A DNA stretch of 64,000 bases from Chiloscyllium plagiosum (lineage: Eukaryota): assembly GCF_004010195.1 (NCBI RefSeq), contig NC_057752.1:8940766-9004765 (forward strand), given 5' to 3'. Positions 38,311-51,700 of this stretch are shown here, piece after piece (position 1 is the first letter of the stretch; each line of letters opens with the position of its first letter). The position numbers and the translations under genes were made by a program. Below the pieces are notes generated by a model, which was not told where the DNA came from, did no database searches, and worked only from the letters and a program-made list of their open reading frames with translations.

Positions 38311-39620
38311 TATTTGAGTTTTTTGTGAAGATTTGTAGCTCAGGTTGAGGTTCAGGTTGTAAGTTTGCTTGCTGAGCCAAAAGATTTGTTCTCAGATGTT
38401 GCGTCACCATGCTAGGTAACATCATCAGTGAGCCTTTGTTGAAGTGCTGGTGTACTGTCCCGCTTTCTATTTATGTATCTGGTCTGTTGTGGTGGGTGAT
38501 ATCACTTCCAGTTCTTTTTCTGAGATTTTGGTAAATGGGGTCCAAATCATTGTGTTTATTGATGGTGTTCCAGTTTGAATGCCAGGCCTCTAGGAATTCC
38601 CATGCATGTCTTTGTTTAGCCTGTCCCAGGATGGATGTATTGTCCCAGTCGAACTGGTGTCCCTCATTGTCTGTGTGTAAGGATACTAGTGATAGTTGAT
38701 CATGTCTTTTGATGACTAGTTGGTACTTGTATATGCTGGTGACTAGTTTCCTGCTAGTCTCTCCAATGTAATGTTTGATGCAGTCCTGTGGGGTATTTTG
38801 TACTTGACATTCATTCTACGGGTTGTTGGTACAGGGTCCTTTAGATTCATCAAGAATTGCTTCAGTGTGTTGGTAGGTTTGTGGGCTACCATGATGCCGA
38901 GGGGCTGGAGTAGTCTGGTTGTCATCTCCGTGATGCCTTTAATGTATGATAGTGTGGCTAGAGTCTCTAGGAGAAAGTGAGGACTGCAGATGCTGGAGAT
39001 CAGAGCTGAAAAATGTGTTGCTGGAAAAGCGCAGCAGGTCAGGCAGCATCCAAGGAGCAGGAGAATCGATGTTTAGGTGTGTTGTGTCTTCCTGTTTAGG
39101 TTAGTTATGTAGGAATTGGCAGACTGTGCTTATCAGGCACCCGATGTTCTTGAATACGTTGTATAGGTGTTTTTCTTTGGCATCACGTAGTTCCTGGGTG
39201 CTGCAGTGTGTTGTAGCTCGTTTAAATAACGTCCTGATGCAGCTCCATTTGTGGATGTTGGGGTGATTGCTCCTGTAGTTGAGTACCTGGTCAGTGTGTG
39301 TCACTTTCCTGTCGATGCTGGTCTGCAGCTCTCCATTGGCTTTTCATTCTACTGTGACATCTAAGAAGGGGAGTCTATGCATACAGGCCTGGCATTCAAA
39401 CCGGAACTCCATCAATAAACACATGGATTTGGACCTTATTTACCAATCTCTCAGAAAAAGAACTGGAAGTGATATCACCCACCACAACAGACCAGATACA
39501 TGAATAAAAAGCAGGACAGTACACCAGCGCTTCAACAAAGGCTCACTGATGATGTTACCTAGCATGGTGGCAAAACGTCTGAGAATAAATCTTCCAGCTC
39601 AGCGAGCAAACGTACAACCT
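38311..39620 (-). mobile_element. Penelope-like element (family D), 5'-truncated, with ~240-bp inverted pseudo-LTRs
   Basis: LPFLDVTVE, THTDQVLNYRSNHP, NVKYKIP..HYIGETSRKL; 38353-38590 is the reverse complement of about 39385-39620; TSD gaatatcaac (38301-38310 / 39621-39630); family-B insert at 38969-39072. Confidence 0.9.
39542..39583 (+). ncRNA. Minimal hammerhead motif in the family-D pseudo-LTR (core G12 mutated); mirror copy at 38391-38432 (-)
   Basis: ctca-CTGATGA-T-GTTACC-tagcat-GGTGGC-aAA-ACGT-C^-tgag; the mirror copy has GGTGAC-GcA-ACaT-C; the two together reconstruct GAAACGTC. Confidence 0.7.
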
Positions 39621-42399
39621 GAATATCAACGATATTAACAATAAACACAGTAAATGCTGGAGAAACTCAGCAGATATATAAATGTTATTGTTTATATGAT
39701 TAATATTCTAACGATATTAACACATTGATTTTTCAGGGGTTCTATATTTCAAATGTGATGTCAGATATCCAACTATGCAGGTGCAAAAGAGTCCACTTTA
39801 CTATTTGAAGAAGAACAAAGAGTGCCCTTTGTGTCTTGTCCAACATTCTCCTTCAACCAAATGCCCCAAAAACAGATTAACTGGTCATTTACTCATTTGC
39901 TGGAGCTGGATTCTTGCTTGGTGCATATTGGTTGTTGTTCTTGCTTACAAAAGAACATTGTTTACTACAAAAGTAATCCATTGCCTGTGAAGTGTTTTGG
40001 GTTATCTGGAGGGCATGACTGTCACATAAGAACAGGTTCTTCTTATCCTAGCATCTGTCCCTGTTCCATCTGCTTACAGGAGAATGATGCACTTAACCAG
40101 CACGGCTGAATGAAGATAAGAGGAGATTAACAAAGGTGCAAATCAGTGACTTAGCTTTAACGTCACAGTATTACAATTATATCAGGACATTTTGCATGCA
40201 TGCATTCACTCAAAGGCACGCAATGCATCAAAAATCATAATGTTGCTTTGCCATGTAAAGCTATATTTTACTCGAGTTTTACTGATATCTGATTGCCAAC
40301 ACTCATAAATATGCTTTTGTTCTTTTCCTCTAGGTGTTCAAGAGGTGTTAGTGCCAGAATACAATGGTCAACCTTAACCAAGCACCTCACAATACTTTTA
40401 GTTTATAGTGGTAATCAGTAGATTCAAGATTGAATTTAAAATAATAGGAACTATGATGGATCACAGAAAGGAACACATTTAGGTACATGGCATGAATGAA
40501 GAATTGCAACTGTAGGTGGAATTTGAGGCAGCACCAACTGCCATCCAAAGGGGTCAGCTTGAGGACCCCTGCAACTGTTCAGCCTTGGTATTTGGACATC
40601 TTGGGGCCTGTCTACAAATAAATTTCTGCAGTTAGGAACAGCATTCTACTGCATATTTCTAAGACGTACTGGCTAATCAACTGCTCAAGCTGCTCTAATT
40701 ACAGTTAGAAACAAGTCTCTATGACAATAGCACATTATTTCTCCTTATCCGTCTCAAATTCTATGCAGCCTTTGGAACAGTTGACCTGACCATTTTCCTC
40801 CAAAAACACCTCATCATTTTATTGTTCCAGAGAACTACCCCTACCTATGCAGCTGCATTTATACTTATACATCGTAACCATGACAACAAAGCAATGGCTT
40901 CCCTTCCCAATGTTTAGTGGAGGAAACTGGAAGATCAGAAGTATTGCGCACCATGACCACAAGCTCTTTTTCTTGCTAATAACTCGCACACACTCAGGCT
41001 GTACCAGACTGTTTGCAATTTCAGCCTTCTATTCGCCCACCAGGGAGATGAGATGGCTCAGTTGATAGCATCTATGCCTAAGATGTTCTAGACTTAAGTC
41101 CACTCCAGGATTTGTTGGCCATGGAAGGTTTGCTCATGGCATGACTCAACAGATTAATAAACAGCCAGCTAATCCTTCCAACACTTCTCCCTCATAGTGA
41201 AAATGAGTGCAGGATATGAAGTAAACAATTTTAGATTAGATTAGATTGCCTACAGAGGAAACAGGCCATTTGGCCCAACAAGTCCACATTGACCCTCCAA
41301 AGAGTAACCCACCCAGATCCATTCCAGTACCCTATATTTACCTTTGACTAATGCACCTAACACTATGGACAATTTCGCATGACCAATTCACCTGAGCTGC
41401 ACATCTTTGGATTGTGGGAGGAAACAGGAATAAACCCACGCAGACATGGGGAGAATATGCAAACTCCACACAGACAGTCGTCCGAGGGTGGAATCAAACG
41501 CAGGTCCCTGGCGCTGTGAGGTAGCAGTGCTAACCACTGAGCCACCATGCTGCCCACTAACCCCCTTAGCTGGGCTTTCAACCCTATATCCTCTTCATCA
41601 CAAAGACCATCTAATTCCATTTGCACAACGGTACAATCCATTCCCTATATTCTATCCTACACTGCAGCCAGCTAATCCATCACTCAGCCCTGATGATCTA
41701 GATTGGATTGTGGACCCTCAATGCCTTAGCTAAAAAATCATCTTCTCGTGCTTAAATAAATAAAGTTAACATACAGCTCCACCAAACAAGGTGATTTAGC
41801 CTTTGGATCTGGAGTGCTAGGGTGATTAAGTCATTCAGCAATCATACACAGCTTGGGCTGTGAGTTCTGTGCACATTCTTGCATACCCAAACCTAGAGAA
41901 GAATATAACTTGCCTTTGAACTAGATGGATTCCTGAAATGAAGGTCATCCTAAAAGAAGGGCTTGAGTAGAGTGGGTCTGTTTCTGGCATTTAGAAGAAT
42001 TAATGGTGAACTCTAGAAAGCTGCTGAATGGGATGACAGGATAGATGCTGAGATACTGTTTCCCCCTGGCTGGAGAGTCCAGAATTAGGGGGTCACAGTC
42101 TCAGAGTAAGTGGTTGGTCATTTTGGACTCTGCCGAAGAGAAAGTTCTTCACTCAAGAGGGTTGTAGATCTCTGGAATTCGGTATCCCAGGGAAGAATGA
42201 TCTTACCCTTTCCTAGCTCTGCAACACCCCCTTCCCTAAAAGCCCAACACGCTCCCCACTCATAAAACTCTCTCTAACTCCGATATTAGCCTCCTGTGAA
42301 AGCCCCCTTCTTCCCAGTGTCACACATCACCCAGACAAGCCTGTGGCAAACAAACAATAACAACAGGCTGGATTATATTATACATGGGAATATAGTAAA

Positions 42400-43930
42400 T
42401 CAGAGCAGAAGTATGCCATCCTTTCCCTTGAGCTTGCTCGGGTGTTCAATAAGACCAGTGTTGATATTCAACCAATTTCCTATCCGATCCCATATCTCTT
42501 GATTCCCTTAAAGTTTAAAAGTCAAGCAATCTCAACTTTGAATATATTAATGATTGTGTATTCGCTCTTCCACGAGATACCAAATTCCAAACATTTTCTC
42601 TTTACCAGAGTCCAAAATGACCAACCGCTTATTCTGAGACTGACTCCAAGTTTGAGACTCTCGAGCCAGGGGGAAACAGTGTCTCAGCATCTATCTTGTC
42701 AGCTCACTCAGAAGCTTTCAAGAGTTTACCACTCATTCTTTTAAATGCCAGAAACAGGCCCACTCTACTCAATCTCTCCTTTTAAATGACCCTCATTTCA
42801 GGAATCCTTCTCATGCATCTCCACTACACCCCTTCAAAGGCAAGTTATATTCTTCTTTAGGTATGGGGATGCAAAACTGTGCACAGTACTCCCTGTTTGG
42901 TCTTGACCAAGCCATGTATGATTGCTGAATGACTTAATTACACCAGCACTCCAATTCCAAAAGACCAATAACCTTTCCTTTCCTAATTGTTTGGTGTAGC
43001 TGTATGTTAACTTTGAGTCTGGTGTACAGGAACTTCCGAATCCCTCTACACGCCAACTTTTACTAGCTTCTCACCATTTAAAATCTATCCAGCCTTTTCA
43101 TTCTTCCTTTCAAAGTGAATAACCTCATGTTTTCCCACATTAAACTTCATCTGCAATCTTCTTGCCCACTTACTGTCTAAATTCACTTATGGACCATTTG
43201 TGTCCTCCTCATAGTTTTCCTGCCTAGTTTTGTATCATCAGAAAAGTTACTGTATATACTCAAGTAATAGTCAAAGTATTTTGACTACTTTTTAAGGTTA
43301 AATTTATAGAATTGACTATTACATGGATACTACTGTGGAGGGGCTGAAATTCATGCCCGCCAAAATTCATACCATATCATTAGCAAGGCCAACTGAAGTC
43401 TCAACCAATAAGGGAAAAAAAAAATCATGGATCATGGTCATTCTGAAAACCCGGAGTGAAGTGCAATGGCTGGCGCACTGACTCATAAATGTTGAAAATC
43501 ACACAACACCTGGGTATAGTCCAACAGATTTAATTGGAAACACGAGCTTTCAGAGTGCTGCTCTTTCATCAGGTCATCAGGACAACCACCTGATGAAGGA
43601 GCAGCGCTCCAATAGCTAGTGTTTCCAAATAAACCTGTTGGACTATAACCTGGTGTCATGCGATCATTAACTTTGTACACCCCAGTCCAACACCAGCACC
43701 TCCAAATCATAAATGTTGATCTGTTATCTGTGAAGAACTAGGGTCGACTTTTACATGAAAATTCCAGATTTTTGGGCCAAAAATAGGGGGCTGACTTTGA
43801 CATGAGATCAACTATTACTTAGGTATATATGGTAGATATATGAAGGGACTAAGAATAATATAAGTCATTAATATGGATTATAAATAACTGAGGATCCAGC
43901 ATGGATTCTTGCCACATCCATTAGTTAACA
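42400..43930 (-). mobile_element. Old CR1 RT/3' fragment interrupted by a MITE
   Basis: Reverse-strand CR1 remnants continuous across the TA-flanked MITE (aaagtTA...TAgatata). Confidence 0.65.
43250..43832. mobile_element. Tc1/mariner-type MITE carrying a PLE fold-back insert
   Basis: TIRs ctgtatatactcaagtaatagt / actattacttaggtatatatgg, TA flanks; insert 43496-43706 with TSD tcataaatgttga. Confidence 0.8.
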
Positions 43931-46900
43931 GCTATGGAAGGGTTTTAGGACCCTGAAACAACCAAATAATGATGTCATCCAACAGCACATAAATAGCACA
44001 GTGTGGGCAGAGTGAAGATGGAAGTTCAATAGAGTGTAGATAACACATTCTCTTAATAATGCAAGATTCAGACCTCTTAATAAGGTCTGAACTTGGTATA
44101 TCTTAGATTACCATGCATGATTGTATTTCGGGTTAAAATAGAGTCTAAGAAGCTTAGACTTAAAAACAACTTTTAATCTTCCCTTCTCCTTGACCCCTCT
44201 GTCTTGAATTCAAACTCTTAGCTGTGGTCCTAAAACCACAAAACAAAAGATGGTGGCAGCAATACACCACAATGCCTAAAACATTGTAGAGTAGTAAAGA
44301 TGAAGAAACAAATCCAAAATCATCTAGAGAAAAGAACTCAACAAAATCAATTTTCCAGAAAGTAATTAGTACAGCTTTAAGACCAAAAAGCAGCCAGCAC
44401 AGCAACAAAGCTGAACAGATGCTGTGAAGGAACAATCTCTGAACAAAAACCCCGACAGAAAAATCACCAAGACATTCAAAGATAGGCTTTTACAGCCAAT
44501 AAAAGGGGTAACAGACATTTAAGGAAAAAGAACAAACAATGAGAGCAATAAAAACCAATAGCAGGCAAGAGTATATGTCCAGATAGAACCCCTACGAGAA
44601 CAGTTTGATTACCAGACATCCAGAGCCTATTTGATCCCTCATAGAAAAACAACAAAAAACTAGGCTGGGAGGCAGAGTTAAGATTTCTGGCACTTCTTTT
44701 ATCAGGTTTAGACTATTTATCTATTCAGAAAATTTATCAACAAGCAAATTAAGAAAATCTGTCAGTAACAGACTAAGACACACCAATCAGTTGAAAAGAA
44801 ATCAAGAATAAGAAAATATCAAAGAAATAAGAATTGTTTTTGGAATACAAAGTTTCAAAGCCCAAACAATGAAGTTTGTGAAACCTTTATTATTTTGATG
44901 CTTTGGCAAGAAGTGCAAATTTTCTTCAGTAACTACAAATTTTAATTGTTTTCAAAAAAGACATTGGAGTCAAACAAAAAGAACATGAATCTGATCATCA
45001 CAAAGTTGGCACAAAAATATGTCAGATGCAGAAAAATTGACACAAATGATATTGTGGCATCCACCCAGTTGATTAGCTCAGTTGATTAGATGGCTAGCAC
45101 TGTAGTTCAGAATAATATCAATATTGCAACTTCAATTCCTGTTGCAGCTAAGATAGACCTGAGGCCGGTCTCCTCACCCTGTCCTTAAGAATGGAAGACA
45201 ATGGGAAACCATAATTGACAGAAACTATCAAGGAAAACAACTTGACATGTAGATAATGAGCTCAGGACCTACCTTCAGGCAATGTACGCATGGAATGAAA
45301 ATGAATTTCTCTCATACTTTTTTTTCACTAACATTAATTACTTTGGCCAATTAGTTCAGGTGGCTAGATGGGTAGCGTGTGATTATGAATACTGCCAACA
45401 ACAAGGGTTCAATATCTGTTCTGACTGAGGTAGGCTTGGGACCTGCCACCTCATCTTGCCACAAGCTTGTTGCGGAATGGTGCCTTCAAGCGATATAGTT
45501 AATTGTCTCTCTCTAATAGATATTTATAGAAGGGTATTTGATGAACTAATCGTCCTTGATGAAATCTGCTGTTCTTGAAGCATTTTTTGCAAAAGTAGAA
45601 TCTCATGAGCAATGCAGATCAGCCCTTATGTCAATATTACTTTTGTATGCATTCAGGGGAAAGGTTACAATCTCTCAGATGTTCCTGACCTTATTTTGCT
45701 TTTTTTCCGTATTGACTTTTAATAGGAGCTAATTTATGGATGAGAATATAAAATCAGAGTGGAGTCATTGACTGATTATTTTAATTGCACCGGAATAGTT
45801 TTAATACATATTTAATTAAAACTATATTTTTGTGATACAGTAACATTTTTTTCTCTATTGTTATTATTTACTTATATGTAACTTTCTAATGAACAAGCAA
45901 GGTACAAAAATTAATTTCTGTATCAATAATGCAATGAAAGTGAAGTCCCTCATGGATTATGGCTAATTACCTAACTACCTGCTAAATGGTTTCAGTTCTT
46001 CACTTTCCTTAGACTCTTTGTTCCCCACTGTTTCTAGTATGTTCTTGATGAAGGGCTTATGCCCAAAACATCAACACTCCTGCTCCTCGGATGCTGCCTG
46101 ACCCACTGTGCTTTTCCAGCACCACACCCTCGACTCTGATCTCCAGCATCTGCAGTCCTCACTTTCTCCTGGTATGTTTTTTGTGTCTTCTACTGTGAAG
46201 AGAGGTACTATGTAAGATTTTTAATGTAAAATACATATGTATGTTTAATAATATTTTATAACACAGCCTTTATGTGTCTTGTATTTACTCTCACTATTCT
46301 TTTCCTTTGTGCATACTTATGGAAATTCTTACAACATGTCTTTATATTTCTTTTGCTGGTTTCTTTTCTATTCTATTTTGTCCCACAATCAATTTTTTGG
46401 TCATTCTTTGCTGGTTTCTAAAGCTCTTCTAATTCTCAGGCTTTCAGCTCTTATGGGCAATATATAAGTCTGTTCTTTTAATCTAATATTATTCTTAACC
46501 TTTTTAGTTAACTCCAAATGGATCCCTTTTCCCATGAGCCATTATTTCTTAACAGAATACACATTTGAAGTTCTATGAAACTTCTTTAAATATATTTCAT
46601 AAATTTACATTGTTAACTATTGTTGTCGAGTCTATGTGAAGATTAAAGTGCCCTATGATTATTGTATTGCCTTTGTTACAAGACTTTTCTTAATTAGGAA
46701 GTGGTGTAGGCTGGTACAATTGCAACATTTAAAAGGCATCTGGAAGGTTTAGAGGGATATGGGCCAAGTGCTGGCAAATAGAACCAGATTAGGTTGGAAT
46801 ATCTGGTCGGCATGGACGAGTTGGACTGAAGGATCTGTTTCTGTGCTGTATATCTCTATGACTCTAATTCATATAATCCCTACAGTGTGGAAGCTGGCCA

Positions 46901-47522
46901 TTCGGCTAATCAAACACCAAACCTCTGAAGAGCATCCCACTCAGACCCACCCCCAACCCTATCTCTGCATTTCCCATGACTAATCCACCGAGCCTGAACA
47001 GCCCTAGAAACTACAGGCAATTTAGCATGGCCAATCACCGAACCTGCACATCTTTGGACTGTGGGAAGAAACCAACGCAGACACAGGGAGAATGTGCAAA
47101 CTCCACAAAGACAGTCGTTCGAGGCTGGAATTGAACTCTGGTCCCCGGTGCTGTGAGGCAGCAGTGCTAACCACTGAATCATCATGCCACCCTGTATACC
47201 TAGTGTTAGGAAACAGTGTAAGCTGGAGTGTCTTGCTACTGAGGATCAAACACAACCAGGATTCTTGCTCATTACTTAATGACCTCAGTTGGGTAGTGCA
47301 CAAACATGGGCCTGAGATGACAACAGGTTATCTTTATTGTGAAACTTTCAGTCAGATACTATGGTAAACATTCACTTGGCTCATTATCAAAACTTGCCAT
47401 TTTGGGGTGTTAGCAGAGGGCAATTTCCCTCATGCATACCATAGCAAGAGAAAGCAGCTGCTGAGGAAAAAGGAAGTAAGTAGAAAAATTACAATTTTAA
47501 AATACAATCAAAATTAGTACAT

Positions 47523-47541
47523 TGGCTCCACCTAGTGTCCA
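47523..47541 (-). promoter_or_regulatory. Candidate CTCF site
   Basis: TGGACACTAGGTGGAGCCA resembles the CTCF core CCAC(C/T)AG(G/A)(G/T)GGCGC with two deviations; lies in apparently unique sequence. Confidence 0.4.
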
Positions 47542-48110
47542 ATATGCAGAGTGCTTTCATTTTCCTGCATTGAGCTATTTAAGTCACCATAGTCCTATTG
47601 GACCAAAGGGCTGCTCTCTCATTAGAGAGAAATGCTTGGTAGTAGTTTCACCTGAGGGTCACCACACCTCAGGCAAGTGAAGAGGTTGAGAAGTAGAGTC
47701 CTACATGATCACCTCAGCTGGTGCAGGAATTGAAGCCAAGTTGTTGACAACACACTGCATGGCAAATCAGCAACCCATACAAAACAGGACCTGAAATTTT
47801 CAGAATGTGAACACCCTCCTTCATGTTCATTACCCTCCCCTCACACCCCTAGGTCCTGTTTTGTATCCGCTGCTCCCAGCACATCCAACCCATTTTCAAC
47901 CATTTACACATTTTGTTAGTGCTTTACCTTATTATTAGCATTGATTCTTATCGTTAGCATTTATCTGTCTCTTCCCTAATCATCAGCTATCTCTTTGTTT
48001 GCCTATTCCTTTTCTCTTTCTCTGGACTCCCGTTTCCATGTACTTTATTCATCCAGCCCACCCCCCACCCAATAATCTGAATAAATACCACACTTTCTCT
48101 GCTATTTTCG

Positions 48111-48146
48111 ATTCTGATGAAAGGTCATTAGACTTGAAACATTAAC
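48111..48146 (+). ncRNA. Minimal hammerhead motif, family C
   Basis: att-CTGATGA-A-AGGTC-atta-GACTT-GAA-ACaT-T^-aac. Confidence 0.55.
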
Positions 48147-48477
48147 TCTGTTTTTCTCTCTAAAAATACTACTAGACCTGCTGAGTTTCTACCGCATTTT
48201 CTGTTTTTGTTTTAGATTTCCAGCATCCACATTTCTTTGCTATTATCTTAATATTCATTTTTGTACTTGCAGAGGTTTCTGAGTTAAAAGCTTATGTGGG
48301 TAGAAAATGGGAGGTGGCATGACAGCACTATTGTGATATGTGTATGTGTGTGTAGATGGATCATGGATCATGGTGCCATATTTGCATTGAGAACATACAC
48401 TTCATTTCAGCAAGGTTGTGATGTAATGATTTAGACAAACAGGATACTGCAAGCCCAGCAGTATCAGAAGGTGGAGA

Positions 48478-48513
48478 AGTCAATGTTTCGGGTATTAACC
48501 CTTCTTCAGGACT
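48478..48513 (-). ncRNA. Minimal hammerhead motif, family-B variant
   Basis: Minus strand agtc-CTGAAGA-A-GGGT-taat-ACCC-GAA-ACaT-T^-gact; stems I and II fully paired. Confidence 0.65.
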
Positions 48514-48721
48514 AGATATGTGGGTAGGGGTACAGACTATTTCTTCACCAAATGCTTTATTCAGTGACCCTATTTTTAAACTTGGTAGAATCAGCTGAAA
48601 GTCAATTTACTAAGACAATATCCCTTTAATTAGACCATGCTATTTTATAACGTAATCATAGTGAGCTGCCTCCTGAGGGTATTGATTCTAGTTATTGTGG
48701 GAGTCTTCTGCACCCCGCTCC

Positions 48722-51700
48722 TGAACTAACTACACAGAGGCTGGTATCCTGTCACTAAGTCACCCTTTATTTACACGTGGAAAGTCCTTGACACTGATCC
48801 AGCTCCTTCAGAGCCAGCTCTCAGAGTGAACAGAAACTCTGACACTCATATTTATAACTGTCAGCCAGGGGTCCCTTATTGGACCAGGTTAACAGCCCCA
48901 ATCAGGGAACTCATATTCTGTGAGGACTATCTGGCTGACCTTGTTACAGTCACTACATTCCTCCCCCTAGTTCCGAGGACATAGGCCAGTTCTTTCTCTT
49001 GTAGCTCCTCCTGGGGCGTATTAGCCACGAGGGGAGTGGAGAAATCCTTAGTAGATGGTTTCGAATCTGAAAAGAACAAGTTAATTAGGAAAGACAGACA
49101 AGAGCATTTCAGAGATCAAAGTTATTCTGAAGAATTTAACTGCATTTATTTCAATGCAAGGGGTCTTACAGGTAAGGCTAATGAACTCAGGGCATGTTTG
49201 GGGACATGGGATTGGGACGTCATAACTATAACAGAAACTTGGCTGAGAGACGGACAGGGCTAGCAGCTCAATGTTCTGGGTTTCAGAATAGGAAGGATAG
49301 AAAGGGAAGTAAAACAGGAGGGGGAGTGGTGTGTTTGATTAAGGAAAATATCACAGCTAAAACTAGAGAAGATATCTCTGAAAAATCAGCCAGTGAAAAT
49401 ATATGGATTGAAATTAGAAATAAGAAAGGAATGATCACCTTGATGGGATTATACAATAGCACTCCCCAATAGTCAGAGGGAAAATGAGGAACAAATATGT
49501 AGAGAGTTCTCAGATATATGTAAGAATAATAAGGCTATAATATTTTCCAAACATTGACTGGAACTACCACAGCTTTAAAAGTTTGGATGGCGATGAATTA
49601 GTTAAATGTGTCAAGAAACTTTTCTTTATCAATATGTAAATGTTCCTACTAGAGAAGGAGCAAAATGTGACCTTATCTTGGGTAATAAGACAGGGTAAGT
49701 GTCTGAAGTGATAGTAGTGGAACACTTTGGGTCGAGTGATCATAATTCTAGTTGTTTTATAATAGTTATGGAAAAAGATAAGCCTTCCATAAAAGTTAAA
49801 GTTTTTAATTGGAGGAAGGCAAATTTTAGTGGTATGGGACAAGAACTTACAAAAGTTGATTAGAGTTGACTGTGCTCAGGTATAGGGAGGTCTGGTATGT
49901 AGGATGATATGGAGATGCCGGTTTTGGACTGGGGTGTACAAAGTTAAAAATCACACAACACCAGGTTATAGTCCAACAGGTTTAATTGGAAGCACTAAGT
50001 TTTGGAGCGCTGCTTCTTCATCATTTGGCACTGAAGCTATGGGCAGCACTGCCTTGTCCTCTTTAAGTAGACCTAGCAGGGGGTTATGGTCCGTTATTAT
50101 TATAAATTTATGTCCATATTATGTGGAACTTCCTGATTCCAAATATGACTGCCAAACCTTCCTTCTCAATTGGAGCACATTAGACAAAGTCCTGGATACA
50201 TACGCTATTGGGCGTTCCTCTCCATTGGGCCACCTATGAGCTAATACCACCCCAATACTGTATGGGGAGGCATCACCTCAATACCAGATCACACTTGGGA
50301 TCATAGTATGCCAATGCTTTAGAGGATTATAATTGTTTTTTCATTTTCCTGAAAGCTAGGGCTTGTCCATATGACTATTTCCAAGGCTGACCCTTTTTTA
50401 GGAATTGATACAATGGTGCCAGGATGGAGGCCAGGTAAAGTATGAACTTTCTGTAATAATTCACCAACCCAATGAAAGACCTAAGCTCTGGGACAGACAT
50501 GGGAGCTGAGGCACTTTTGATCACCATCACTTTATCTTCCAATGGGTGTAACCTGGTCTTGTCGACTCTGTAGCTCAAGTGGGTCATTTGGTGTGCTTGG
50601 AACATATGTTTTTTACCTTTAAAGGTGTACACCCACCTGGGAGAAACGTCTAAGGTCCAAGTTCTGTAAGTGCTCCTTATTAGTCTTCCCAGTTAGTAGC
50701 ATGTCATCTAGATAAATGGTGACAAGGATAGACCTTGTAAGATGTTCTCCATCATCCACTGGAAAATGGCACAGGCTGAAGATACCCCAAATGGCAGTCT
50801 TGTATATTGGAACAAACCCTTATGGGTATTAATTGTAGCATACTACTGGGAATCATCATCTAACCGCAATTGCAAGTACACATGGCTCATGTCCAGCTGC
50901 ATGAAGGACAGCTCCCCTGCCAGCATTGTGTATAAATCCTCTGTGCGAGGGATTGTGTATCTATCCAGCTGCAAGAAACATTTTACCGATTGTTTGAAAT
51001 CCCCACAAAGGTGAACCAGCCCGTCAGGCTTCACGATCGGTGCAATCGGTGTTGGACATTCCATAACCTGGTCTTGTTTGATGACTGGCCTCCTGATTTC
51101 TGCCTCTACTTTTGCCCGTAAGGCAAATGGAACTGGGTGGGCCTTGGAGAATCATGGAATTGCTTCCTGGTCAATATACAAGGTGGCCTTGGTTCCTTTG
51201 ATACTCCCTAGACCTTCTTGACAAACTTCCAGGTATTTAATTAGCTATTTTCTACTTGAGTCAATGAAGGTGAATCTGTCTCAACCAATTCCGTCCCATC
51301 AAGTTTGGGCCTGTGCCTTTTACTACAATCAGTGGGAACTGAACCAGTTGCTTCTCATAAGAGACCAGAACCAAAGTTGTACCCTTAATCTGTATAAGTT
51401 CTCAGTCTAGCCAAGGTCTTGCACAAACAATAGGGTTGGAGTTCAGAGTGAATTTTGTTAAAGACTGGTTCTGTGGTCACTGATATGGCTGCACCGGTAT
51501 CAATCTCCATTAGAACTGGGTGACCATTTAACCAGATTGGCTCTGATTTGGATGTTGCTAAGCAATTTAACTGTTCCAAACCATATGCAGGTGGGCTTTC
51601 CAGGGTGTGCACTCTCCTAGATACCACCCTAGTGTTCTCTTATTCAATTCAGACCTAGTGGGACTCTTTTGCTGTCTCAAATCCAAATACCAGCAGCAAT

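Noticed and set aside
40334..40380. Strong acceptor-like tract (ttttcctctag) downstream of CELA1
   Set aside because: Only short reading frames follow and there is no recognisable homology; the gene already has a terminal exon and polyA signals.
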